Notes: a model not told the origin generated them from the sequence alone. DNA of 49,233 bases from Candidatus Pacearchaeota archaeon (GCA_018304165.1 JAGVWS010000011.1:1-49233), one strand, 5' to 3'; counted from the stretch's first letter, positions 10,572 to 20,086 are shown. Made by a program: numbers and translations.

Positions 10572-11332
10572 ATTATCTTATTTTGCGACATTTCTCCCTT
10601 AACTTTTTCTAATCTCTTTTTTGCAGTTTCACAATACTCCTTTGAAATATCAATATGTGTAAATTTTCTACCAGTCTTATGAGAAACAACTGCCACCGTT
10701 CCAGTCCCACCAAACATATCTAGAATATTATTGCCTTTATATGAATAAAATTTTATTAATCTATAAATTAATTCCTCTGGAAAAGGTGCAGGATGCCCAT
10801 TTCTTTGTCTTTCTGGTTGAATCTCCCAAAAACCGTCTGAAAACTTTTTAAATTCTTCTGCAGTAATATCTGCGTCTTTTAAATTGCCTTGTAATCTATC
10901 GCCATCTTTAGAAAAGATTAATACATATTCCCATGATGGAACTATATGGGGATTTGCTGGGCTTTTCCAACTTCCCCAAGCAGTCCTTTTAAGCATTGTT
11001 TGTTTATACCAGATTATCTCAGTTCTGAATTTCATTCGTAATTTTCTTAACTGATTTGTAAAATCATGATGTATTGGGATAAAGTCTTTTATGCCTGTTG
11101 GAGCGATATTGAGTGCAAATCTTCCGCCCGGGACTAACACTCTTTGAGTTTCTTTCCAAACATCATTCAACCAATTAAGATACTCTTGATACTCCATTTT
11201 ATCATCATGATTATCATAATTTTTACCAACATTATATGGCGGTGAAGTTATAGCCAGATGAATGCTCTCGCTTGGTATTTTCTTCATTATCTCTAGTACG
11301 TCGCCATTGATTATCTGATTTTCAAATTCCAT
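10568..11332 (-). CDS. Beta-class amino DNA methyltransferase (probably N4-cytosine); start likely MEFEN at 11332
   Basis: Motif IV TSPPY precedes HPAPFP and motif I DMFGGTGT. Confidence 0.92.
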   Translation of the reverse strand: MEFENQIINGDVLEIMKKIPSESIHLAITSPPYNVGKNYDNHDDKMEYQEYLNWLNDVWKETQRVLVPGGRFALNIAPTGIKDFIPIHHDFTNQLRKLRMKFRTEIIWYKQTMLKRTAWGSWKSPANPHIVPSWEYVLIFSKDGDRLQGNLKDADITAEEFKKFSDGFWEIQPERQRNGHPAPFPEELIYRLIKFYSYKGNNILDMFGGTGTVAVVSHKTGRKFTHIDISKEYCETAKKRLEKVKGEMSQNKII

Positions 11333-11336
11333 ATTC

Positions 11337-11483
11337 TCACTTTTTTTTATCATTATTTAGAGGTTTATTCCAATAAGGTGACTTGCATTTAGGGCAGACT
11401 ACCGGAACTTCTTCACTTCGTGTTATCCATTCGTGCTCGCATCTTTCACATTTACATTTATATAATTTAATATCCTTTTTCAT
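11337..11483 (-). CDS. 48-aa zinc-ribbon protein (not in ORF track)
   Basis: MKKDIKLYKCKCERCEHEWITRSEEVPVVCPKCKSPYWNKPLNNDKKK; two CxxC knuckles; ends just before the MTase start. Confidence 0.8.
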   Translation of the reverse strand: MKKDIKLYKCKCERCEHEWITRSEEVPVVCPKCKSPYWNKPLNNDKKK

Positions 11484-11673
11484 GAAAGACTTAAGCAATT
11501 TTTACTTTAAATACTTTACTATAGTCTATTACTACACAGAAAGCTTGATGATGCTTTTGGTCAAGCAAAAACCTACAAAAAATAAAAAACGAATACGAAA
11601 AATAAAGTTAAAAAAATAAAAAATAAAACCCCTATCTCTTATCGCGAAACTACTGGAGAATATTGAAAGGAAA

Positions 11674-11799
11674 TTATCTTTTCTTCTTCTTTCTTCCGCC
11701 GCGCGCCATTCTAGCCTCGCAGACGTTACCTTTACCATCAACATAGTAGAGGTATCCCTTCTTTCTCTTGACAGCGCCTCTAAGAATTATTTGTCCCAT
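11674..11799 (-). CDS. 41-aa highly basic protein, putative nucleic-acid binding (not in ORF track)
   Basis: MGQIILRGAVKRKKGYLYYVDGKGNVCEARMARGGRKKKKR; GGAGG RBS 6 nt upstream. Confidence 0.85.
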   Translation of the reverse strand: MGQIILRGAVKRKKGYLYYVDGKGNVCEARMARGGRKKKKR

Positions 11800-11849
11800 T
11801 TCGAACCTCCTTTTATGATTATTTCTTTTTATTATAACGACGTGTATAT

Positions 11850-12224
11850 TTAAACCTTTCCTCTCTCGAGGAGAAATTCAACGACGGGAGAGTATTTACT
11901 ATTAAGAGGCACTTCAATTAATTTTCTGAATAGCTTCTCCGGCCTGACTGAAAATCTATTCGAAGAAATTATTTTGTATTCAACAATTTTATTGTTTTCG
12001 TTCAGCCATATTGCCATGAACGGCGGACAGAATAAGGAATGAATAGATCTTTTTGTATCTTCTGAAAACTCAAAGAGAAGGGCATTTGCCTTTTCTTTTC
12101 TGGAAAACATCAATCCTTTTATTTTGGAGAAGCCGGAGCACTTGTTTATATCCTTGATGTGGATTATATGCCCGCTTATTTTGAGATTTGCATTGAAAAG
12201 CTTGGGCATAATTTTTGCTGCCAT
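11850..12224 (-). CDS. DUF192-family protein
   Basis: KIKGLMFS, ALLFEF, SIHSLFC, AIWL, IEVP pattern. Confidence 0.75.
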   Translation of the reverse strand: MAAKIMPKLFNANLKISGHIIHIKDINKCSGFSKIKGLMFSRKEKANALLFEFSEDTKRSIHSLFCPPFMAIWLNENNKIVEYKIISSNRFSVRPEKLFRKLIEVPLNSKYSPVVEFLLERGKV

Positions 12225-12235
12225 GAAGATTGCAA

Positions 12236-12625
12236 CTATTTTTGAGTTTTTAACCTTTTATATTCTTGAAAGAACTGGTTTATATTTCTGTGATTTACAA
12301 AATCATGGTGCTTGAATCCTCCGCCGAACGACTTTGGGATGTGCAGAAGCTCATGGATTATTGTTTTTGTTTTATCATCTTCGGCAAGTTTGTCAAAGCG
12401 TTCAGAAATAAACTCTAGGACATAAAATCCTCTTCTTTCGCGCCCCAGAGCCTTCTGCATAATTTTTCCAAGGGCATGGCAGCGGGCTACTGTGCCTCTG
12501 GAAGAACTGCCATGGCTTCTCATAACTGAAATATTATCCATCTGTATGTGAAACATTCCCATAGTGTCCCTTAAATCTCTGACTATCTCAAGAATGTCCG
12601 GAGCGTCTTCGTACTTAATGCCCAT
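12236..12625 (-). CDS. Putative metallopeptidase (HExxH)
   Basis: RSHGS...ARC, FDKL, IIHELLHIP..FGGG..HH. Confidence 0.8.
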   Translation of the reverse strand: MGIKYEDAPDILEIVRDLRDTMGMFHIQMDNISVMRSHGSSSRGTVARCHALGKIMQKALGRERRGFYVLEFISERFDKLAEDDKTKTIIHELLHIPKSFGGGFKHHDFVNHRNINQFFQEYKRLKTQK

Positions 12626-12797
12626 TATTTAAGGTTTAAAGGGAGAAAATTTAGTTGAGCAAAAGCCGTCAATTAGCTTAAATTCGCTAACACTAATTGC
12701 AGCAAGTGTAGCTAAGCTTAAGTTTAACGTATTGTGTCGGCAGTAATTATCTATAATTAATTCTGTTCCAGATTTTCCATTAATTAATCTGTTCATA

Positions 12798-13016
12798 TCA
12801 AAAATCAACCTCCACTAATTTATAGTTTGAGCTGGCTCCGGATTTGATGTGAATTCTGCGATGATCAACGCCGTACTTTCTGCATAATAATCTTATAAGC
12901 TCTATATTTGCTTTATTGTTTTCAGCCGGTGCTTTAATATTAGCAATAAAATAATCACCTGTTTTCTTCAATTCACTATTATCTGAAGAAGGCTTCACCT
13001 TAACTTTTATTATCAT
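12798..13016 (-). CDS. DUF167/YggU-family protein
   Basis: VKVKPSS, APAENNKANIELI, IKSGASS.YK. Confidence 0.88.
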   Translation of the reverse strand: MIIKVKVKPSSDNSELKKTGDYFIANIKAPAENNKANIELIRLLCRKYGVDHRRIHIKSGASSNYKLVEVDF

Positions 13017-13066
13017 AATAAAAAATTTCTAAGTAAGTTTATAAATTCTTTTGTTGATAAAATACA

Positions 13067-13208
13067 ATCATATTCATCACACAGAAAGACCACCAGCGGG
13101 TCATCAAAAACGTAAGTTTTTGAATGTGCTCAAGATGTAAAATTCAAACATCTTGACATTTTCTAATCCTGCAACCAGTGTGATGAAGAATATCATATTC
13201 ATCACACA
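13067..13208. repeat. 17-bp direct repeat enclosing a family-A hairpin element
   Basis: ATCATATTCATCACACA at 13067-13083 and 13192-13208; internal 13098-13163 is the reverse complement of the TGTCAAGA/TCTTGAGCA unit. Confidence 0.8.
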
Positions 13209-13251
13209 AGCTGTGGTGAAGGGCCGGCTGTCTCGCGGCGATGGCCGGCTC
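13198..13251 (+). ncRNA. Candidate structured RNA (two abutting stems)
   Basis: 9-bp and 12-bp stems whose non-Watson-Crick pairs are all G-U on the + strand; GC-rich island in AT-rich DNA. Confidence 0.4.
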
Positions 13252-13332
13252 ACTCATAATCGCCACCAATCGCCACCATGATTATCTTTTATAACAATAA
13301 TATTTAATAATAGCAGAATTATTTGGTATTTA

Positions 13333-13968
13333 ATGACTAAAACTGATTTTCTATCAAGGCTAGTTAATAGTACTAAATTATCGATAACCTCCGGCGAGTT
13401 GCTCATTGCAGACCCTCTTTTCCTGAATGGTTTTAATGACCGCGAATTAAAAGAGCTATCGTTCTGGCAGGAAGAGAGAGAGGTTATAAAGTCATTTACC
13501 GGGGGGCTTGACAAACTTATTAGAAATGCCAGAGCATCTCTTGAAGAATCAAGTTTTTCTGAAGAAGACAAGAAAAAATTAAGAGCTAATTATGATGGAT
13601 TAGAACGGAAGCATGAGCAGATGAAATCTAGACTTTCAAAGACGGAAGATGTTAATTATAGACCGCCTCATTTTTTTCTATGAGGTAATTACATATCATT
13701 ACGAGTACATCACTGCGGGGTTGGGCCAGTAGTCAGATGGCCAAACGGCGGAATAGCTATACTAAACGGCGTTAAAAACCCAAGAGAAGAAATATTATCT
13801 GATATTGATACTGAAGCGTGTAATTTAGTTATAGCTAATGGGAACAGCTATCAGCCTAAAGCAGATGCTCCAGAAAGATCTTATTTCAGAACAAGGCTGA
13901 ATAATAGAATCTATGAATGCAGTTATCAGGGAGAAGCATTTGTTGTTCAGAGTATCTCCGATGGATGA
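13333..13968 (+). pseudogene. Hypothetical gene split by an in-frame TGA at 13681-13683
   Basis: The same frame stays open for 94 more codons without an ATG after the stop. Confidence 0.6.
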
Positions 13969-14153
13969 GATTATAGCTAATGAGAGATGATTGCCAGATA
14001 TCAGACTCCATTAATTAACTTTGATATGATGAAGTGGCGGCGTTATTGGCGATGATAATATTATCCTTTACTTGATAATGCTTGTTAAATCGTATTAGCA
14101 TTAACAGTATATTCTTAGATTTATTGCTAACTTATGGCTGTATCGGAGATACT
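13951..14153. mobile_element. MITE-like element, about 200 bp
   Basis: 12-bp perfect terminal inverted repeat AGTATCTCCGAT; GTTCAG on both flanks; second degenerate copy from 31774. Confidence 0.65.
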
Positions 14154-14204
14154 GGTTCAGCCATAAGGCCTATAAATGTTATTGTTTGTAACTGATTATC
14201 TGAA

Positions 14205-16025
14205 TTAACACCATCTGCATCTAAATGGAACATCTGCACAAAGTGCTTCTCCTTCTACTGGTTCTTCATTGCTCCCAATAAGCTCATTTACATCTGGTGG
14301 AACAATCTCTTTTCTGGCAACATCCATACGATTATTAAAGATATAAACTTCATCATCAACACAATCCTCATTAAATTCCCCTATATTCGCACTAGAGACA
14401 ATATTTAATCCGATATTATTCTTAGTTATATTTACAATACTCATCTTAATTAATCCATCTGATAAAGCCAGCGCAGACAATTCGGCTCCCTCTATTCTTG
14501 CTTTATGAAACTCAAGTTCTGGAACACCCTCTGCAATATTTTCAGAAGTTTGCCTAACAACAATATTATTTCCTCCGCCATATTCCTGACCATCCACTTC
14601 ATAAGGATTTAAAATTTTACCAGTGTCAAAAACATTAGTATTTCTAAAATGAGCTCTGCCTGATTCAACAACAGAAATTCCCGCATATCTATTATTTTGA
14701 ATAACGCTGTTTTCTAAAAGCAGCAAAGCTCGATTTCTTGATTCAACAGCTCCAATTCCGATCTCAGGACGCGGATCCTCCCTGAATCTCTCATCATCTG
14801 CCTCATTATTATAAACATATAAATTATCAGAATAAACTCTTGTTCCTCTACCATCCACTCTTAAAGCTCCATTATCATTTGCAACCAAACTGATATTCCT
14901 AAGAACAGCCTCCACCCCGCCTCCAAGAAAGATTCCTGCCCCACTATCAACACTATACTTTACAGAATAAACTTCTCCCCCGCCATAAAAACCCAAAAGC
15001 ATCATTCTGGGATTAGTTCCGGTTATAGAAACATCATCAATCTCTATCCTCCCTCCAAGTTGTTTTATTCCAAAATCTAAAGCATTTTCTATAATTACAT
15101 TCTCAATTTCAGTCTCAGCATTTTCATTATTAACACTAACTCCTGCTTCTGTTATTTTTTCTTCATTCCCGGAAATAACAAGATTCTTCAGTTCAAATTT
15201 ATAAGCTCCGGAATTAACAAAATATGCATCATAAAGAACGATTTCAGAAGCCACAACATCATTGCTTCTTGTGACCATGTCATATCCAGAAACTTTTGTA
15301 TTAGTAGCAATATCAAGTCTGTCCTCGAGATATTCCCCCTTATCTACATAAATATTAATTTCATCACAGCCTAAATCATTGCCATAATCCAAAGCGTCTT
15401 TAACTTTATTAAACGGCCCCGCAATAGTCCCATCTGCCTCATCATTAATAGAATCAGAGTCCACATACAAATCAATCTCTTCGCATAAATCATCAAAAAA
15501 CCAGTTAGCAAAAAAGAAAACAAATCCAAATTTGATTTTCTTCCGGAATCCAACAGCACTATAGTCAATCCTCTTATCAAGAAGTGCCTGCTGAAAAGCT
15601 CCAACAGGATTCTCTGAATTAAGAACAATATTTATTGTATTTTCATCTGTATACATATCAAAAGTATTATAATCTAACCCACCATCCTGAAAGGACTTTA
15701 TCTCATTATCCTCTGTAACAACCCCAAAAACTAACTCCCTTCCCCCATTAGTATTTACATACAAGTTGATCTTCTCATTAACAAATAAATTCCCGGCCAA
15801 TCCATCAAATCTCTGGCCTTCTATTCTACTTCCAGACAAAACAAGATTCCCAGAAAGTTCAATAATTGGATCAACCATAGAATCATCAATTCCCTGTTTT
15901 AAAACCCCGTTATTATCATAAAACTCCCCATAATTTATAATTTCTCTTGCTTGAGCATAATTCATCAAACTCATTAAAACTATAAAAATCCAAATAAAAA
16001 TTCCTATTGTCACCTTCTTTTTCAT
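14205..16025 (-). CDS. Secreted right-handed parallel beta-helix protein (DUF1565/pectin-lyase-like), acidic surface protein
   Basis: Signal peptide; YVD...DGT..PF..V.DAL...IYV..GEY.E cap; repeated I..N..GI beta-helix turns. Confidence 0.75.
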   Translation of the reverse strand: MKKKVTIGIFIWIFIVLMSLMNYAQAREIINYGEFYDNNGVLKQGIDDSMVDPIIELSGNLVLSGSRIEGQRFDGLAGNLFVNEKINLYVNTNGGRELVFGVVTEDNEIKSFQDGGLDYNTFDMYTDENTINIVLNSENPVGAFQQALLDKRIDYSAVGFRKKIKFGFVFFFANWFFDDLCEEIDLYVDSDSINDEADGTIAGPFNKVKDALDYGNDLGCDEINIYVDKGEYLEDRLDIATNTKVSGYDMVTRSNDVVASEIVLYDAYFVNSGAYKFELKNLVISGNEEKITEAGVSVNNENAETEIENVIIENALDFGIKQLGGRIEIDDVSITGTNPRMMLLGFYGGGEVYSVKYSVDSGAGIFLGGGVEAVLRNISLVANDNGALRVDGRGTRVYSDNLYVYNNEADDERFREDPRPEIGIGAVESRNRALLLLENSVIQNNRYAGISVVESGRAHFRNTNVFDTGKILNPYEVDGQEYGGGNNIVVRQTSENIAEGVPELEFHKARIEGAELSALALSDGLIKMSIVNITKNNIGLNIVSSANIGEFNEDCVDDEVYIFNNRMDVARKEIVPPDVNELIGSNEEPVEGEALCADVPFRCRWC

Positions 16026-16086
16026 TTTCTATTAAGTATTTTAGACATTAGTTTATCTAATTTAAAGATATAAAAATGTTTCTAAT

Positions 16087-16902
16087 TTAATACCTATAGT
16101 GATAGACAAGCAGCCCTTTATCATCTCTCAAGAACAAATTATCTCCGTCGTCATTCCATATGCTGGCGCATGAGTCTTTATTATTCCAGAATAGGTAACT
16201 GGATGAGTCATTTCCCCTCCCGCCGTAGAGGGTTATTGAAGACTGCGGGTTTATTGAAATATTTATAAATTTATAGATATGGGTTGCGGAGTCTTTTATA
16301 AGCCATCTGTTGATATCGCATTTTATACTGCAGATGTTTTTTAGCCTGACAAACTCTACTCCTGCTTTGCAGTCGTTTTCATTCGCCCCGTTATACAATT
16401 CGTCAAGAGCAATGCATTGAGAGCAGGGATTATTGCTTTTTTGCCATATGCCGAGGTTATTATTACGGGCGCTAAGCTCTGCTTTTAAAATATCTTTCTT
16501 ATGGCTGTCATCTCCGTAGTAATAGCTGCTTGCTAGTCCGCGCAAAACCAGTTCTTTGTTAATTATTAAACTGCCAAAGTGCAGATATCCCAGAGTACGG
16601 CCGTATTTGTCCAGCCCATAAGCTTCAAATAGGGAAGAATTGCCTTCAAATCCTTTAAAGAAGTTTTTTGCCTCGTTATAAAGATATTCGTTCTTTTCAG
16701 GCGTATTTATTCCAAGCAGGCGAAATCTTGAGCCATTAGACTCAAAAGTATCTCCGTCAATTACCCTGTCAATTGTTAACTCTCTGAGTTCAACAGGAGT
16801 TTTATTAGCTTCTTCATTATCTTTGATTAAGTACCCTGTCAATATCAATGTAAAAATGATGAGAGGAAGCAGGTTACCTCTTAGGAACTTGATAAAATTC
16901 AT
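16087..16902 (-). CDS. Membrane-anchored thermonuclease (SNase) with lamin-tail-like C-terminal domain
   Basis: VIDGDT, RLLGINTPE, DKYGRTLGY, A...LGIW; EFVRLKN...WLIKD...WNDDGD.LFLRD. Confidence 0.9.
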   Translation of the reverse strand: MNFIKFLRGNLLPLIIFTLILTGYLIKDNEEANKTPVELRELTIDRVIDGDTFESNGSRFRLLGINTPEKNEYLYNEAKNFFKGFEGNSSLFEAYGLDKYGRTLGYLHFGSLIINKELVLRGLASSYYYGDDSHKKDILKAELSARNNNLGIWQKSNNPCSQCIALDELYNGANENDCKAGVEFVRLKNICSIKCDINRWLIKDSATHIYKFINISINPQSSITLYGGRGNDSSSYLFWNNKDSCASIWNDDGDNLFLRDDKGLLVYHYRY

Positions 16903-16913
16903 GAAAAGTCTAA

Positions 16914-16927
16914 GAAAGGTTTATAAA
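16914..16927 (+). promoter_or_regulatory. BRE+TATA promoter of rps10
   Basis: GAAAGG TTTATAAA, 23 nt before the ATG. Confidence 0.65.
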
Positions 16928-16950
16928 TAAACTTTTTCAATCCATTAATT

Positions 16951-17256
16951 ATGAGCAAGGTAAGAATAAAACTAAACAGCATTGATATTGACCAGCTTAA
17001 TCATATTTGCAATTCTATAAAGGAAATTGCTTCTCAGTCCGGCATCACTATTTCAGGACCCATACCTCTGCCGACGAAGAGGCTCAAAGTAACAACAAGA
17101 AAGTCACCTTGTGGAAGCGGAACAGCGACGTTTGACCGGTTTGAGATGAGAATCCATAAAAGGATAATTGACATGCCTTCCAACGACAGAGTTCTTCATG
17201 CAATTATGCGCACGAGCATACCCCCGACGGTTCATATAAAGATACAGATAATTTGA
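16951..17256 (+). CDS. rps10: 30S ribosomal protein S10
   Basis: SGPIPLPTK, TTRKSPCGSGTATFDRFEMRIHKRII. Confidence 0.98.
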   Translation: MSKVRIKLNSIDIDQLNHICNSIKEIASQSGITISGPIPLPTKRLKVTTRKSPCGSGTATFDRFEMRIHKRIIDMPSNDRVLHAIMRTSIPPTVHIKIQII

Positions 17257-17373
17257 TTGAGATTGATATTGTATCTTAGAGAAGGTTATAATTTATTGTA
17301 GAGCTTTTTTATTGATAATATCTTTATCCTGCATTATAATAATGTTTAAAAATTGCCGCTGCTTCTGGGCATA

Positions 17374-17922
17374 ATGGAAGGAGCAGCTGAAGGGAGGCTT
17401 AGTGCTGGGAGGAGTGCCCGTGAGGTCCCTTATGAATTTTTTCTCAGGGAGATAATGGAGCTGGAAAGAGAAGGCAGATATCGGGGAGTTGACTTGGTAC
17501 ATTCGGATAATTTGGCTCTTCAGGGAGAGCGCAGGAAGAAGTTTAATGCTCCAATAAATTTTAGAAATCTTGGCAGGATTACTCTATCTACTGATTCAAA
17601 GGGCATTCTTGATGATATAGAGAAAAGGGAAAAAGACATGAAGAGGTTGGCAGGTGTGGTTACTCATTTTAAGTCTCTGGGTTATGAGCCAGATAGCATT
17701 AATTTGGAGTACCTTCTTGATGAATATGGCAAACTCCTTCCAAAATTTCCTGTTGCTTCTACTGACCCCTCCATGTTATATGTGAGGTTTGACGTTCCAG
17801 CCGGAAGATGGCAGCTCGTTCATACGGGCGGGGGAGGAAGAGATGAAGATTTTTCTGAAGAAGGCGCCTCTCTCGACAGAATATTAATAGGATATTTTCT
17901 TGAGGACAGAAATTTCTTTTGA
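17374..17922 (+). CDS. Hypothetical protein (start likely ATG 17374)
   Basis: Long ORF with TTTAAAAA box about 22 nt upstream; no motif recognised. Confidence 0.6.
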   Translation: MEGAAEGRLSAGRSAREVPYEFFLREIMELEREGRYRGVDLVHSDNLALQGERRKKFNAPINFRNLGRITLSTDSKGILDDIEKREKDMKRLAGVVTHFKSLGYEPDSINLEYLLDEYGKLLPKFPVASTDPSMLYVRFDVPAGRWQLVHTGGGGRDEDFSEEGASLDRILIGYFLEDRNFF

Positions 17923-18119
17923 TGATAGAAGCGTAACCACTAATAATAAGTTAAGCAGCTATGAGCGTAGTTGTATTATACTTAATTAATAGAATTTATC
18001 CAGGGTGGCTTTTCCTACTACATCTTTTTAGTTTTATAGTTGTTTATGATTAGAATTTATCAGAGTTATTCCATTATGCGATAGTTTAAAAAATCACCAT
18101 TCTTGTGGATACAAGTTAA

Positions 18120-18202
18120 GCCCGCATCGCATAGTGGTATTGCACGGCCCTGGAAAGGCCGGCCCTTTACTGGGCATCCAGGTTCAATTCCTGGTGCGGG
18201 CG
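18120..18202 (+). tRNA. tRNA-Ser(GGA)
   Basis: Acceptor GCCCGCA/TGCGGGC, anticodon arm CGGCC-CTGGAAA-GGCCG, long variable arm, T arm CCAGG-TTCAATT-CCTGG; no CCA. Confidence 0.97.
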
Positions 18203-18297
18203 TTCAGTTCTAGGAATTGAACTTCAATTACTTTAATCTCGTGAGAGTTAAAGTTACCAAAATTTCAAAGAAATTTTTAGTACCTAGTGCGGGCGTT
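18203..18297. mobile_element. Miniature multi-hairpin insert ending in a duplicated tRNA 3' end
   Basis: CCTRGTGCGGGCGTT at 18190 and 18283; three internal palindromes. Confidence 0.7.
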
Positions 18298-18590
18298 TTA
18301 TATTTTGATATAATACCTTATACCGCAATTAATATTGAAAAGGGTTATTTTTCTTAAGAATAATGCGCAATGGTATTAATAGAAGAGTAATACGGGCAAC
18401 TAATAGATCTATTGCTAGAGTGACTCCAGTTTACCTAATTACTTTAATAAATAATATGTCAACAAGGTTTATGAGATAAGCCAGGTTGCATTTACATATT
18501 CAACGTTAATTTACAAGAGCTAATTTATTGTAGCTATCAAACTCTGTTAATAGAGCGATGTTGAGGGATTTGCTGATAAGCAATCACACT

Positions 18591-18652
18591 CTCTCGACAT
18601 GTCGAAGTTGTTAAACTTCGGGCACGCTCGAGAGCTAAGACAAGCTCTCGAC
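18591..18652. mobile_element. Family-A hairpin element inserted in the guaB 3' end
   Basis: 8-bp direct repeat CTCTCGAC 54 bp apart; removal gives HDVERV-stop instead of HDVESLS-stop. Confidence 0.7.
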
Positions 18653-20086
18653 GTCATGTGCATGGCTTTCCTTTAATCCTGCTGATGTAATCTGCACGAA
18701 TTCTGCATTGCCCCTGATTTCTTCTATGTTTTTGGCTCCGGCATAACTCATTCCGGACTTTAATCCTCCAATTAACTGGTAAATTATTTCTGAAACGCTT
18801 CCTGCATACGGGACCATTGCCTCAACTCCTTCAGGAATGAAGTCAAAAATATTGTCATAGCTTTTATTTCCATTTCCTTTCTCTCCACCATCTCTTTCTT
18901 CTCTTCCCAATTTTGCCCCAAATGAAGCCATGCCTCTTATTACTTTGTACTTTTTATTGTCCTTGACTATTGGGATTCCTGGAGATTGGTCGGTTCCTGA
19001 AAAGAGCCTTCCAATCATTGCTGTTGATGCTCCTGCAGCTATAGCTTTAGTTATGTCACCGGAGCTCCTGATGCCTCCATCAGCAATTATCGGGATTCCG
19101 TATTTGCCGGCTTCTCTTGCACAGTTTGTGATAGCGGAAAGTTGAGGGAATCCTGCGCCGGTAATAATGCGGGTAGTGCAAACAGAACCTCCTCCAACTC
19201 CTACCTTAACTGCGTCTGCACCTACTTCAATTAATTCTTTTGTGCCTTCAGCTGTGCAGACATTTCCTGCAATTACAGGAATGTTAGGAAATTGAGACTT
19301 GAGCTTCTTTAAAGTGTTAATTGCCAAATCTGAATGGCCGTGGGCAATATCTATTACGAGGATATCCGCTCCTGCTTCTATTAAAGCCCTTGCTCTTTGC
19401 AGTGCGTCTTCTTTAACGCCTATTGCTGCTCCGACCAGCAGCCTGCCTTTAGAATCAAGGGATGAATTTGGATGGCTTATTTGCTTTTCAATATCTTTCT
19501 TTGTTATTAATCCGGCGATAGTCCAGTCAGGATTTATCAATGGGAGCTTCTCCACCCTGTTAATTACCATTAAGGAATCGGCTTCACCAATGCTGATGTC
19601 AGGAGAGGAGACAACGAGCCTCTCTCTTGGAGCCATTATTTCTGATATTGGTATCTCATAATTGTTCTTTATGAGCTTCAGGTCCCTGCTTGTTAAAATT
19701 CCGGTGAGCTTATCATCATCTGAGACAACAAGAAGGCTCTTGACGCCTTTGTCCTTCATGAATTTTAATGCATCGCTTAATTTAGAGTTGTATTTTATTG
19801 TATATGGGTTCTTTATGACGGCATTCCTGTACCTTTTGACTTTCAGGACTTCGTGAGCTTGATCATAAATTGAGAGAAACCTGTGTATTATGCCAATTCC
19901 CCCCAATTCTGCAATAGCGATGGCCATATTAGCTTCAGTGATTGTGTCCATGTTTGCGCTGAGCAGGGGAATTTTGAGCTTAATCTTCTTGGTAAGAAAA
20001 GTTTCAGTTGAGACCTCTTTTCTTGAAGTGACTCCGGATTTCTTTGGGACAAGAAGCACGTCATCATAGCTTAAGCCGAGTTCCAT
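18635..20086 (-). CDS. guaB: IMP dehydrogenase with CBS domains
   Basis: [54 protein letters not shown]. Confidence 0.93.
   Translation of the reverse strand: MELGLSYDDVLLVPKKSGVTSRKEVSTETFLTKKIKLKIPLLSANMDTITEANMAIAIAELGGIGIIHRFLSIYDQAHEVLKVKRYRNAVIKNPYTIKYNSKLSDALKFMKDKGVKSLLVVSDDDKLTGILTSRDLKLIKNNYEIPISEIMAPRERLVVSSPDISIGEADSLMVINRVEKLPLINPDWTIAGLITKKDIEKQISHPNSSLDSKGRLLVGAAIGVKEDALQRARALIEAGADILVIDIAHGHSDLAINTLKKLKSQFPNIPVIAGNVCTAEGTKELIEVGADAVKVGVGGGSVCTTRIITGAGFPQLSAITNCAREAGKYGIPIIADGGIRSSGDITKAIAAGASTAMIGRLFSGTDQSPGIPIVKDNKKYKVIRGMASFGAKLGREERDGGEKGNGNKSYDNIFDFIPEGVEAMVPYAGSVSEIIYQLIGGLKSGMSYAGAKNIEEIRGNAEFVQITSAGLKESHAHDVESLS

Noticed and set aside
11383-11744. Tracked ORFs 11383-11619(+) and 11532-11744(-)
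   Set aside because: Better explained as shadows of the two real small genes at 11337-11483 and 11674-11799
13681-13683. Selenocysteine or genome-wide TGA recoding
   Set aside because: TGA is a normal stop in many genes here; there is no redox motif context or recognisable SECIS
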